A stretch of 64,000 nt of DNA from the NCBI GenBank assembly GCA_965223295.1, contig CBDCWC010000003.1:1056001-1120000 (forward strand), in the 5' to 3' direction. This DNA is from Nitrospirales bacterium. Lineage in GTDB: Bacteria; Nitrospirota; Nitrospiria; Nitrospirales; UBA8639. The position numbers were made by a program, and so were the translations under genes. Below are positions 26,990 to 36,300 of this stretch, piece by piece. The notes under the pieces were generated by a model. That model was not told where the DNA came from, made no database searches, and saw nothing but the letters and a program-made list of their open reading frames with translations. Position 1 is the stretch's first letter; the number at the start of each line of letters is the position of its first letter.

Positions 26990-28495
26990 TTAGAGTCTGA
27001 TGGTTGTCAGAATATAGAAATAGTCCGTATCTTTTTCTCCACCAGGCGGTAATCCGGCCCTAGCGGGAAGGCGGTCGAAATAGCTTCCCTTGAACCAGTG
27101 ATCATAGCCAGCATCAAACGAAACATTTTCATTCATATTCCATTGCGCAGTCACTTCCACATCGTGTCCCAGGAAGGTCCCTGATTCACCAGTCGAATCA
27201 CGAAGGCCGTTGTTGCCAAACGCGCCTCGTGAAGTAGCCAAATACCAGATTCGGTGCTTCACTTGAAATTTCCAGCCTTTAGTTGGAGTCACGATCACGC
27301 GCCATCCTGGTGAGCTAATGTTGGTACGAAAAAAAGATCCAAAATTGCCTGTCGGCATATACTCAAACCGCCGAGCACCAAACAGCGTATCAAAGGCAGA
27401 GTCTCGGCTATCGTTCGGATTGCGGTCCCCACTGGCATAGTCATAGTGGATCACCAACCGTGGCGACCAGAGAAGATTAAACGTATAGCCAAGATTGAGA
27501 TGTTGGAAGTGTGCGAAGTGATCGGTGTCGCCTCGTTTCCCTGTTTGCCAGACAGTTTCCAATTCATAGTCTAGCTGGTTGCTCACCGGAGTTTTATGAA
27601 GACGAAGACCAAATGTGGAAAACGTTCGTTGGGAACTGATAATAGAACTACGCTGATCGTTCAGCCCGAAATAATAAGCACTAAAGCGTAGCCACGAGAG
27701 ATGGTTCATTTCGACGTAGGTCCCCCAAAACACATTTCGCTTGGAGTGTTCGTCAAGTTGTGTGGGATCAATCAATACGGGTTGGACCAGAAAGGCACGG
27801 GTGCGCCACAGGTGATCATGGGCTAGTTGCCAGTGGAAACCGTCAAAGGCATTCGTGGTATTGCGAAATAGGTTACGAGCAATGAGACGGCGGCTCCCAA
27901 CATCCATTGTGAGCCGTCCGAAATGGAGATCTGTGCGGAGCCCTGTATTGAAAACATTTTCTAGCGATACAGAGACAAATGCCTGGAGAATGTCCATCTC
28001 ATTCTTAATGCCTGTGTTAACAAAGCTGTCTTTATCATCCAGGTGAACTCTGGCATCCTGTCCTTCAAATAACAATTTGAACGGCCCGCCATTAAGTCCA
28101 AGACGCATCCGGGAGCGCTGTTGAATTTGAGGGTCGGTTCGTCCTAAGGGCTGAGTGGATCGCCATGGATGATCATAGGCTTCGAACCGAGTCCGGTGTT
28201 CCAGTCCTAAATCCAGCCAATTTGGGAGCTGCAAGACATCTTTCACATAACGATTCCATTGCCATTCTGTCCTTTGAATAAGCACAGAATCTGCGGTTTC
28301 TAGTTGAGCCGTCTGAGAGGATGCTTCAGTTCGTAACACTACTGAACTCAAGACCGAGGTCTCTTCAGTTTCTTCCATTGTTGAAGGAACAGCCACCTCC
28401 GTCGAACCATGGCTGACTCCCAAGATGCCAGATGTGAAGAGGAGTAAGGTTCCTAGGAAAAGGCTGCTCAATGTAGTCTTGTTGTTCACCATCAC
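26990..28495 (-). CDS. Alginate-export (AlgE-like) outer-membrane porin
   Basis: RTRFE, GRLTMDVGSRRLIARNLFRNTTNAFDG, YDYASGD, FDTLFG, C-terminal TTIRL. Confidence 0.88.
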   Translation of the reverse strand: MMVNNKTTLSSLFLGTLLLFTSGILGVSHGSTEVAVPSTMEETEETSVLSSVVLRTEASSQTAQLETADSVLIQRTEWQWNRYVKDVLQLPNWLDLGLEHRTRFEAYDHPWRSTQPLGRTDPQIQQRSRMRLGLNGGPFKLLFEGQDARVHLDDKDSFVNTGIKNEMDILQAFVSVSLENVFNTGLRTDLHFGRLTMDVGSRRLIARNLFRNTTNAFDGFHWQLAHDHLWRTRAFLVQPVLIDPTQLDEHSKRNVFWGTYVEMNHLSWLRFSAYYFGLNDQRSSIISSQRTFSTFGLRLHKTPVSNQLDYELETVWQTGKRGDTDHFAHFQHLNLGYTFNLLWSPRLVIHYDYASGDRNPNDSRDSAFDTLFGARRFEYMPTGNFGSFFRTNISSPGWRVIVTPTKGWKFQVKHRIWYLATSRGAFGNNGLRDSTGESGTFLGHDVEVTAQWNMNENVSFDAGYDHWFKGSYFDRLPARAGLPPGGEKDTDYFYILTTIRL

Positions 28496-28552
28496 TTTCT
28501 CTTTTGAACGACAGTTGCTTGAGGGAAAGGCAATTCGATCCTTGAAGAAGCG

Positions 28553-28581
28553 ATAGTATTTTTAAAATAACTTATTGTCAA
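28553..28581 (-). promoter_or_regulatory. Sigma70 promoter of the AlgE-like porin
   Basis: Minus strand TTGACA-N17-TACTAT. Confidence 0.65.
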
Positions 28582-29014
28582 TTTTAAGATTTTTTCTGAG
28601 ACCATCTTCGTCGCCTAAAGCGAAGCGATTTGGTTCATCGAAAGGCTGTTTTTGTCAAAGACAATGCGAGAGAAGGAAAAAAGATCTTACCAAAGAATGG
28701 TGAAAGACTGGTTAGTTATGAAGACAAGATTCTGGGTCCTGGTATTTCACAAGAAGCCTTTTTTAGTTTGATCAAGAAGAAAGGTTAAAAGTTTTAGGCC
28801 TAACATGTTCTCTTTGCTATACAGTGAAAAGTCCTATCTTGCAAACCGACTTCACACATATCTAAACAGATACATTTCGTATCTTTATGGATAAACAAAT
28901 TTTCTTTGACCCAGGAGCTTCAATATCGGTTTAAAGTCATGTATGTGAGTAAAAAGTCAGGAAATCCAACGAATTAGATTTTAGGGGGTAAGAGAAAAGT
29001 CTCATTTTTAGCAA

Positions 29015-29030
29015 TGGAACAAAAGTTGCG
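29015..29030 (+). promoter_or_regulatory. Sigma54 (-24/-12) promoter
   Basis: TGGAACAAAAGTTGCG = GG-N10-GC, about 130 nt upstream of ATG 29161. Confidence 0.6.
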
Positions 29031-29160
29031 TTCTCGAGATTTTGAACTTTTCCCGCAGCTTTCCAAGCATTTTTGAAAAATGAGGCAGGCGGCAAAAGAT
29101 ATTCATCTATCTATACAGTCAACGTGGTTCCTGTTCCTTATGAAAGAAGGAGGAATTCTT

Positions 29161-30867
29161 ATGAGACAAGTTACAAGAATGTTGGGGATTGGGGCATCCC
29201 TCCTGATCATCGCCACAGGGTGCAGCAGTATAGCCTCTAGAGTTCATCAACCTTTAGCCGACCAGCGAAACCTCATCGATGAAGTCCGTCATAGTCAAGA
29301 TGATATCAACGCCAATGCCGTACCATTTGAAGAATTATTTTATGCTGGGAAACATATCTTTTCTAATCGCTTTACAACGGAAGATCATTATGGCGAAGGA
29401 GCAACAGGACCACGAAGAAGTAAGTACATGATGGCGAACAGAGAGAACTATCCATTCCTTCGATTTAACGGACTTGATTCACAGTCGTGCCTTGAATGTC
29501 ATTTAGCAATTGGGTTTGCGCCCCAGATGAATTACTCTGATGAGAAACCTAAAATCCGTTTCGCCAAGCAATTAGGCTTTACGGGTGGGGGTGCTGGGTT
29601 TGCGTCCAATGCATTTGGATTAGAGAATTTTGGATGTATGCCTGCTGGCGAAAATTGTAATCCTGACGATCCCACCAATGGAGTGATTCGTAACCCACCA
29701 CATGCGTTTGGAGCGGGGTACACACAAACACTGGCTGAAGAAATGACTTGGGATCTTCAGGGGAAGATCGCGGAGGCCAAGGCTAATCCAGGTGTCATGG
29801 TGGATCTCATGACGAAGGGCATTTCATTTGGAAAAATCGCGGCTGATGCAAGCGGCAATCTGGATCTCAGCCAAGTTGTGGGTATCAGCGATGACCTCGT
29901 TGTGCGACCCTTTCAATGGAGGGGAATTGCCAGCAATTTGCGAAATTTTATCAGGGATGCAATGAATTTTCACTTTAGCGTCCAACCGAAGGAATTATTG
30001 GAAACCAATCCAGAGAAGAATGACGATGACCAATTGAAGGACGAGATCCTTGAAGGCGATATCAGCGCAGTCGCGACCTTTCTTGCCTTTCTCAGACCCC
30101 CAACGGAGTCTTCCGAAGGTCTTGATGAGTTAACGGTTCAAGAAGGGCGAGAGGCGTTCATGAAAGCGGACTGCGCTTCTTGCCATACACCAAGTCTGAC
30201 AATCGAAAGTCCCTTTGCCACAATTCGAGATCCGCGAACGGATTCAGGAATGCAAACCAAAGTTGAAGAAGCCTTTCCTCACACCAAGGTCAGTCATAAA
30301 TTAGAGAAGTTACGAAAGAAAGCGGAAAAATTTGGGATCACAATCCCATATCGTGTTTCACCGACTTTGGAGAAATTGTTGATAAAAAAGAAACTAAAGG
30401 CACGCAAATTTAGTGAACAAAAAGCTCCTGCGGAAATGGTGGCCGATGAAATCGTGTTAAATTTAAAGGGCTATTCTCGAGATTTGAATCGTACCGACGG
30501 TCCGCCCGAAACTCTTCCCCGTCTCCCCCATAATGATGGAAAGATCGATGTACCACTCTACAGTGATCTCAAACGACATACCATGGGAGACAATCTAGAA
30601 GAACCGATTACGCAGGAAACAGATGGTGGGCATGAGATTCCCACAAAAGAATTTCTGACCCGTCCATTGTGGGGTGTGGCTGATACGGCACCATGGATGC
30701 ATGATGGTCGAGCCTTGACCCTTACGGATGCCATTTTAATGCATGAAGGGACAGGCAGTGAGGCCAATACCTCAGTTGCTAAATTCAAAAATCTTTCTGA
30801 ACCCGAAAAATTGGCATTACGAACGTTTCTCAGCAGCTTGCGGTTGCCGACGGTTCGTTATCATTAA
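29161..30867 (+). CDS. Di-heme oxidoreductase (DHOR; bCcP/MauG superfamily) lipoprotein
   Basis: GGAGG RBS; lipobox ATGC; CLECH and CASCH; RNPPH, PFQWRG, YSDLKRHTMG, TRPLWG, MHDGRA. Confidence 0.85.
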   Translation: MRQVTRMLGIGASLLIIATGCSSIASRVHQPLADQRNLIDEVRHSQDDINANAVPFEELFYAGKHIFSNRFTTEDHYGEGATGPRRSKYMMANRENYPFLRFNGLDSQSCLECHLAIGFAPQMNYSDEKPKIRFAKQLGFTGGGAGFASNAFGLENFGCMPAGENCNPDDPTNGVIRNPPHAFGAGYTQTLAEEMTWDLQGKIAEAKANPGVMVDLMTKGISFGKIAADASGNLDLSQVVGISDDLVVRPFQWRGIASNLRNFIRDAMNFHFSVQPKELLETNPEKNDDDQLKDEILEGDISAVATFLAFLRPPTESSEGLDELTVQEGREAFMKADCASCHTPSLTIESPFATIRDPRTDSGMQTKVEEAFPHTKVSHKLEKLRKKAEKFGITIPYRVSPTLEKLLIKKKLKARKFSEQKAPAEMVADEIVLNLKGYSRDLNRTDGPPETLPRLPHNDGKIDVPLYSDLKRHTMGDNLEEPITQETDGGHEIPTKEFLTRPLWGVADTAPWMHDGRALTLTDAILMHEGTGSEANTSVAKFKNLSEPEKLALRTFLSSLRLPTVRYH

Positions 30868-30940
30868 TAGCATCATGTTCTGGGGGGAAAAACATCAAGA
30901 TATAAAGATTGTGAGTTCTAAAAGCTTCAAATAGACAAAT

Positions 30941-30992
30941 TAGGGGCTGCTAGGTGCTTATTGATCAGATGGATGAGCATCTAGCAGCCCTA
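30941..30992. terminator. Long hairpin between convergent DHOR and def genes
   Basis: gggctgctaggtgctta ... tgagcatctagcagccc inverted repeat. Confidence 0.65.
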
Positions 30993-31108
30993 TCTTTAGA
31001 AGGTGTGGGACTTAGAGATGAGTCAGGGGAATAGATTTTCATGATTCATGAGGCCATTAGAAAAGGCAATGATTATCTTCAGCTGGATAACAGTTGGTGG
31101 AATGGGAA

Positions 31109-31648
31109 TCAAAACTGGTTTCCTGGGGCGAAATGTTTTTGCCATTCTTTCTCAGTAATAAGGTCTTTGGTCGATTCCACGCGATCTAAAAAAACTAGTC
31201 CGTCTAAATGATCAACCTCATGTTGAAATACACGCGCAAGAAATCCATCGTATTCCCTTTTGATTGTGCGATCATCTCGAGTTTGGTATCGAACCCGAAT
31301 GGTCCGATGCCGAGGTACCAGCCCCCGGATTCCAGGCACGGTAAGGCAGCCTTCCCAATCTGTTTCCTTATCTGAGGAAGCCCAGGATATTTCAGGATTG
31401 ATCATGACTGTGGGTTCCATGGTCGGTGCATAGGGATATCGGGTATTAGGTTTGGGTGCAAGAATAATGATACGCGTGGATTCTGAAACTTGAGGAGCAG
31501 CAATGCCCATCCCATTTTCTTCAGCCACGGTTACCAACAGATCATCGATGAGAGCTTGAACCTGCGGATGGTGAATGTCTGTGACTTTGGCAGACCGCTT
31601 TCGTATAACTGGAGCACCAAGTTGGGCAATTTCAAGAATACGTGGCAC
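31109..31648 (-). CDS. def: Peptide deformylase
   Basis: GMGIAAPQV, EGCLT, QHEVDHLDG motifs. Confidence 0.95.
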   Translation of the reverse strand: MPRILEIAQLGAPVIRKRSAKVTDIHHPQVQALIDDLLVTVAEENGMGIAAPQVSESTRIIILAPKPNTRYPYAPTMEPTVMINPEISWASSDKETDWEGCLTVPGIRGLVPRHRTIRVRYQTRDDRTIKREYDGFLARVFQHEVDHLDGLVFLDRVESTKDLITEKEWQKHFAPGNQF

Positions 31649-31684
31649 TTAGATTATTGTTACCTCTCTCTTAAAAAGTATAGG

Positions 31685-31874
31685 GGGCTGTTGAAAAACG
31701 CCATTAGCGGCGTTCTCGCTCTTTTTCCGTGCTCACGTAATACCAGTACACTCCACGCGCAAAAATGGCTGTGGTCTTGCTGGATGCACTTTCTTGAACC
31801 ACCCCGAAGCTGGTGGTATCCGACGTGATCATGAGCAAATTTGCTTCTGATGTTTTGTATTATTCAACGCTTCC
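31685..31874 (-). mobile_element. MITE-like repeat, copy F (full length)
   Basis: gggctgttgaaaaacgccattagcggcgttctcgc...tgttttgtattattcaacgcttcc; collinear reverse complement of copy H. Confidence 0.82.
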
Positions 31875-32004
31875 ATAGAACGCATGGAGCCCGTTTATTG
31901 GAAGAGAAGAATACATTCGTTGAAACCTATTATCTTAAAAATGGTGTGTTAGGGAAGCAAGCAAACATCGAGACGCTTGAGGTTTCATAAGAGACAGGTA
32001 CATT

Positions 32005-33021
32005 CTACGAATTGGGAAGGATATAGAAAAGGCAGTCGCTTTGTGCAATGTCTGGGTTGGTGGTGGCCATCATAATTCGGCTGGGATGAGCCAACCGTAG
32101 TTCTCCATTGTGTGTCGAAAAAAGTGTAGAGGTATGATTTCCTCCTGTGGCATCCCTTGCCCACAAGGCTTCCAATCCGCATGACCCAATCCACCCCAAT
32201 TGTTCTTGCTTGGGTAATGCTCCGAAATTCAATCGATCCACATCCGAAAGAAGAGTGAGATCAACTTCAGGAACTGGGGCAGAGGCATAGGTCATGGAGG
32301 CACCTTTTTGCAGTTCCACCCGAATGGGGTGATGAGCCACCGTCACTGGTGAGGACAGATCAGAAAACTTTTTGGCCAATGCATACTGAGTGAAACCACG
32401 GTAGGCCAGTTCATGGGCTTGTGGGTCCTGTGCGCCACCTACTTCAATGGTGACTGTCGGCCAAGCGGTTTCCGTGGCTTCCATCAAAGTGCCCAGTCGC
32501 AAATCAGTGACGATGAGGTGGTCGCAAAAAACTCCTGCCAATGCTTCCTGCATAGCCCCATTCTTTGTCGTGACACCATAGGCAGGACTGCGGCCTGAGG
32601 TATTGTGTATATCAATTAATGTTTCGGGTTGGATATGATGTAATTCTTCAAGCATGGCTTGGGCGATACTCCCCTCGGGACCCTCAAATGGAGCGCGAAA
32701 ACACCGATTGAGGTCTCTTCCACCAAGTGCGCATCGATGTGAAAACTGAGGCGTGGTCAAGGCGGCACCGATGGATCCTATGAAACATAAGAGGTTCACC
32801 TGTGGTTGGTGTCCTTCTCGAATCCAACGGTGTAGTGCTCGTACTCCGGAGGATTCATTGCCGTGTAATAAAGTGCTCACAGCTCTCGTGCGTGTGGAGT
32901 CTAAACCTGGAAGCCAGAGAAAGGTGGGACCACCCAATTTTTGTAAAAATTCCTCAACAGTACATCCCACATCTTGTTGGGTGGGAGCGTCCCATCGAGG
33001 TATGAAGTCTGTGTTATTCAT
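32005..33021 (-). CDS. Succinylglutamate desuccinylase/aspartoacylase family (M14) metallopeptidase
   Basis: LLHGNES (HxxE), DLNRCF, IDIHNT, TIEVGG; ATGA overlap with the upstream ligase. Confidence 0.85.
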   Translation of the reverse strand: MNNTDFIPRWDAPTQQDVGCTVEEFLQKLGGPTFLWLPGLDSTRTRAVSTLLHGNESSGVRALHRWIREGHQPQVNLLCFIGSIGAALTTPQFSHRCALGGRDLNRCFRAPFEGPEGSIAQAMLEELHHIQPETLIDIHNTSGRSPAYGVTTKNGAMQEALAGVFCDHLIVTDLRLGTLMEATETAWPTVTIEVGGAQDPQAHELAYRGFTQYALAKKFSDLSSPVTVAHHPIRVELQKGASMTYASAPVPEVDLTLLSDVDRLNFGALPKQEQLGWIGSCGLEALWARDATGGNHTSTLFSTHNGELRLAHPSRIMMATTNPDIAQSDCLFYILPNS

Positions 33022-34511
33022 TCAGGGTGCTGGCTCCATTGTGAAATGGATGTGTCTGTCTGGGAATGTTGTAAATAGTCTTCAAGCATGCGAGTCAAGG
33101 CGATAGATCGATTATGGCCCTGTTGCTCGTAGAGAGTTAAACGCCCGATTTGCCAACGTGCGCCGTTAATTTGTGCCTCAAGGCGATCACGAATCACATT
33201 CAGCATGAATTGAATTTCTTCGCGCTTCACCCCAGCGTTTTCCAAACCTCGCTCAGCTATTGGCAATAATTCTACAGCTAAGTCATGCACCGAAACTTCA
33301 CGCAGACCATGTGAAGCGTGATTGGGCCACACGAACATGGTCTCCAATCCGCATTCGGCGGCACGATAGAAATTGCGATGAGCATATTCAAAAGGAAATT
33401 GTTGCAGAATCTGCTCGATGTCCTCACTCATACCCAAGGTGAGCCCAATCAGCAACGCGGCATTCGCGGCCATGTCGATGGGTGTAGGCCCCGAAGGTAA
33501 ACTTCGCAATTCAATCCGTAAATGTCCGTCAGCACTGGCATCATAAATCGCGCGATTCCAGTGCCACACAGTACCTTGGTGCAGACGCAACTCCTCGAGT
33601 TGGGGTAAACGCCCCTGGTGGAGACATTCCAGAGGGTCTTCCGTGCCAAGAACTGGTAACAAAGGTGGATGCAATCCCACTGCTTCGGCAAATAGTTCAA
33701 AGGCGCCTTGGCGAACCCACCCATGCCCAAATGAAACTCGAGCTGGCGCCTGCCAGCCCCCATCCTGCGTTTTGCGACTATCGATCGCCTGTTTAAACAA
33801 GGCCACGCGTGTCTCTTCCCAGAGCTGGTGCTGTAAAAAAATGGGACTATTGGCACTAAGCGCTAAGACAATGGGCGTGACCAGTTGAGCTGCATTATAA
33901 ACATGGACGAAATCCAGAGGGTTCACCCGCAGATGAATCTGAAATGACGTCGTGGCTCCTTCCAACGTGACATCTGAACATGTGACGATGAGGGGTTCTG
34001 GCCCATTAATATGTATATGAAAGGGGCCGTCTCGCAATCGACGCAGTCCTGCTGAGAGGGCTCGATAGCGCGGTAGGTCAGACATGACCTGAGAATCCAG
34101 CTCTTCAGCGCAAAGAGTGGGTAAAATGCCAATAGGTACAATGCGTCCCTCGTGTGTCGCTGCACATTTCGCGAGTGACTGGATCGCGTTGGTTAACTGT
34201 GTGCGAAGATGGGAAAAAGGCCGACCGGCCAACGAAACGGGGGACAAGTTATATTCGAGATTAAACCGATCTAATTCGAGTTGCAGATGATCGTCACGGG
34301 AGCAATTGAGGAGCGTGCGATTAATGGGATAGGCCTGTCCTTGACTATTGACAATGGAAAGTTCGAGTTCTGCACCGATAGTTTGTGGGCCTTCGCCAAA
34401 ATAGGGTTGCTCAAGGATTGTTTCGAGGGCCTGTAAGCTGTGGGTTAGCCGTTGCCCAAACCGGGAAAAATCCTCCTCGTTAAACTGGTCACGATCAATG
34501 GATAAACCCAT
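33018..34511 (-). CDS. Glutamate--cysteine ligase family 2 (GCS2) carboxylate-amine ligase
   Basis: IGAELEL, ELDRFNLEYN, GILPT, SFQIHL, ANSP, WEETR, HQGTVWHWNR, HLRIELRSLPSGPT. Confidence 0.88.
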   Translation of the reverse strand: MGLSIDRDQFNEEDFSRFGQRLTHSLQALETILEQPYFGEGPQTIGAELELSIVNSQGQAYPINRTLLNCSRDDHLQLELDRFNLEYNLSPVSLAGRPFSHLRTQLTNAIQSLAKCAATHEGRIVPIGILPTLCAEELDSQVMSDLPRYRALSAGLRRLRDGPFHIHINGPEPLIVTCSDVTLEGATTSFQIHLRVNPLDFVHVYNAAQLVTPIVLALSANSPIFLQHQLWEETRVALFKQAIDSRKTQDGGWQAPARVSFGHGWVRQGAFELFAEAVGLHPPLLPVLGTEDPLECLHQGRLPQLEELRLHQGTVWHWNRAIYDASADGHLRIELRSLPSGPTPIDMAANAALLIGLTLGMSEDIEQILQQFPFEYAHRNFYRAAECGLETMFVWPNHASHGLREVSVHDLAVELLPIAERGLENAGVKREEIQFMLNVIRDRLEAQINGARWQIGRLTLYEQQGHNRSIALTRMLEDYLQHSQTDTSISQWSQHPE

Positions 34512-34603
34512 AAGCTTTCTACATACCTGAATTCTGTGGGTACGTAAATAGAGAAGAAAAAATGGGCGTGGGTGACCTCGATTTTCTCATAATCGGGGAA
34601 GGG

Positions 34604-34641
34604 GACAAGAAGACCGTTCCATTGAGAACGGTCTTCTTGTC
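34604..34641 (-). terminator. Perfect 16-bp hairpin downstream of the redoxin-like gene
   Basis: GACAAGAAGACCGTTC-cattga-GAACGGTCTTCTTGTC; weak U-tract. Confidence 0.6.
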
Positions 34642-34721
34642 TACTCTGGATTTTCCAAGCAATGAAGGGTCGATGATGAACGAAGGCCCTTTGCCCATAA
34701 CAGTCTATTAAGGTAGTTGAA

Positions 34722-35312
34722 TCATTGGCGTAGAGTATGCTCCTTTTCATGAGGTGGTATGGTGCTCATGGGTGTGCGAATACGGGTAGGTTTTTGGAGC
34801 TGTGAAAAACTGGAAGAGCTTCCCTTCCCGCGAAAACTCATGGGAGCCTCGTACGATGATGAATGTTGCTCCTGGCAATGCTTCAGGATTTCAATGAGGA
34901 AGAGCAATCCGCGCCAGTTTAACTGATGAATCAAGTGATATCGGACTACTCGCTGTGGATCAATGATAAAACTGTGGCAGCGGTCTAAGCGCAGATCTTT
35001 ATTCAAACCAAAAACTCGGTGCAAACGCTGTAGCGGATCGGCCAAGACCGGAATCCGAAGAATCTTAACCTTGGGTAGGCGAGTGTCTAGAAACGATTCT
35101 CCAAAAGGGAATAGGCCCAGCAGTTTCCCACCCTCGTTGTGAACGGTTCGATGGCATTGGTTCAAAAAAATTGCGTCCCCGAAATCAAAAGAGGGTAGGC
35201 CGCACACAATGGCCCATTGTCCCTCTAAGGTTGCCAGATCCAGCAACATTAGCTGGCCCTTAACAAAAGCCGGTATGCGTATTTGAGGTATAGTGGTATG
35301 CCCAATTTTCAT
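34722..35312 (-). CDS. Degenerate AhpC/TSA (peroxiredoxin-fold) protein
   Basis: GGAGG RBS before MKIG (35312); LxxLEGQWAIV, IPVLADP, FIIDPQRVVRY; lacks PxxxTxxC. Confidence 0.7.
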   Translation of the reverse strand: MKIGHTTIPQIRIPAFVKGQLMLLDLATLEGQWAIVCGLPSFDFGDAIFLNQCHRTVHNEGGKLLGLFPFGESFLDTRLPKVKILRIPVLADPLQRLHRVFGLNKDLRLDRCHSFIIDPQRVVRYHLIHQLNWRGLLFLIEILKHCQEQHSSSYEAPMSFRGKGSSSSFSQLQKPTRIRTPMSTIPPHEKEHTLRQ

Positions 35313-35376
35313 GTGTGTGTCCTCCGTTATAGGTATCTGTTGATGCAAAAATTTGGAATGGGATGCCCAACACGAG

Positions 35377-35432
35377 AAAAAGGCACCCCACTCCATCGAG
35401 CGAGGAGAATCCTCGTTCGGGAAAGGTGGTAC
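35377..35432 (-). terminator. Terminator-like long hairpin with U5 tract, upstream of the redoxin-like gene
   Basis: RNA GUACCACCUUUCC-CGAACGAGG-auucu-CCUCGCUCG-au-GGAGUGGGGUGC-c-UUUUU. Confidence 0.55.
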
Positions 35433-35504
35433 ATAGCACTCTTGAAGTAGAACTTTCATGTCATCCGGGAATATGGTTGATGTTTTGGGAATCTTATTGG
35501 CTGC

Positions 35505-35531
35505 TAATAATGATTTTGAAACTCATTATTA
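35505..35531. promoter_or_regulatory. Fur/PerR-type box
   Basis: TAATAATGA-N9-TCATTATTA inverted repeat; 35512-35530 matches GATAATGATAATCATTATC at 14/19. Confidence 0.62.
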
Positions 35532-35540
35532 ATTGCAATT

Positions 35541-35569
35541 AAAATAGCACTAGTTTTTTGTAGAGTCAA
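35541..35569 (-). promoter_or_regulatory. Sigma70 promoter
   Basis: Minus strand TTGACT-N17-TATTTT with extended -10 TG. Confidence 0.6.
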
Positions 35570-35581
35570 TATCTCAACAAA

Positions 35582-35773
35582 CCATTCTTGGAAGTATGAC
35601 AACGCACCAGAGGCAAATTTGCCCATGATGACATAGGGCCCCAAACGCCTCGGGTCTGTTCAAAAAAGTCTATCCAGCAAGGCCGCAGCCAGTTTTGTGA
35701 GCGGAGCGTACTGTCTGTACGTGAGCACAGAAAAATGGCGAGAACGCCGCTGGTGGCTTTTTTCAACAGACCC
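35582..35773 (+). mobile_element. MITE-like repeat, copy G (degenerate left module, intact right module 35652-35773)
   Basis: GGGTCTGTTCAAAAAAG ... CTTTTTTCAACAGACCC (17-bp inverted repeat, one mismatch). Confidence 0.8.
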
Positions 35774-35883
35774 TTCTTCTAAGTTGGTAAAAGATGCGGG
35801 AGAGGCAGGTGACCTAAAGCTCTAGGTGTCTTGCACTAAAAAAGTTCAATTTAGGAAATACTTGGTCATGCAATAAAGAGATT

Positions 35884-36300
35884 CTAGGTTTCATTTGGAT
35901 TTTCTGAATCCGTCACGACAAGAACGCCTCTCATGATGGGATGAAATGTGCAATGGTAGGAATACGAACCCGGAGGCAGCTGGTGAAGCATGAATGTTCC
36001 GTCGGGGCCCAATGGCCCAGAATCAAATACGCACCGAGGTCCATCCTTACAGTCGTCGTGGGTGATGGAGTGGAGTGCTGCTGTGGGATTTGTCCATGAA
36101 ACTGATGTATTCGAATTCACGTGGACAGATGTCGGAGAATAATATGGCGCGAAGGTCTTAATAGTAATACGCAAACCCGATGGAGAGGCTGATGCAAATG
36201 ATCCTAATACTCCTACAGCCAACCATGCTGTGAGTAAAACCACAAGCATGGCTATCGTCCAAGGCAAGGTTCCAAACACCCTTCTCCACGTCATGAACAC
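35884..36300 (-). CDS. Exported cupredoxin (plastocyanin/amicyanin-like type 1 copper protein)
   Basis: Signal peptide; WTN...HSI and YSYHCTFHPIMRG (His, Cys, His, Met ligands). Confidence 0.88.
   Translation of the reverse strand: MFMTWRRVFGTLPWTIAMLVVLLTAWLAVGVLGSFASASPSGLRITIKTFAPYYSPTSVHVNSNTSVSWTNPTAALHSITHDDCKDGPRCVFDSGPLGPDGTFMLHQLPPGSYSYHCTFHPIMRGVLVVTDSENPNET

Noticed and set aside
26990-28495. Alginate biosynthesis locus
   Set aside because: Only the AlgE-type barrel is present; this family includes many stand-alone porins
35313-35459. 49-aa N-terminal extension of the redoxin-like ORF given in the ORF track
   Set aside because: A GGAGG RBS precedes ATG 35312, AhpC-like sequence starts there, and the extension runs through a terminator-like hairpin
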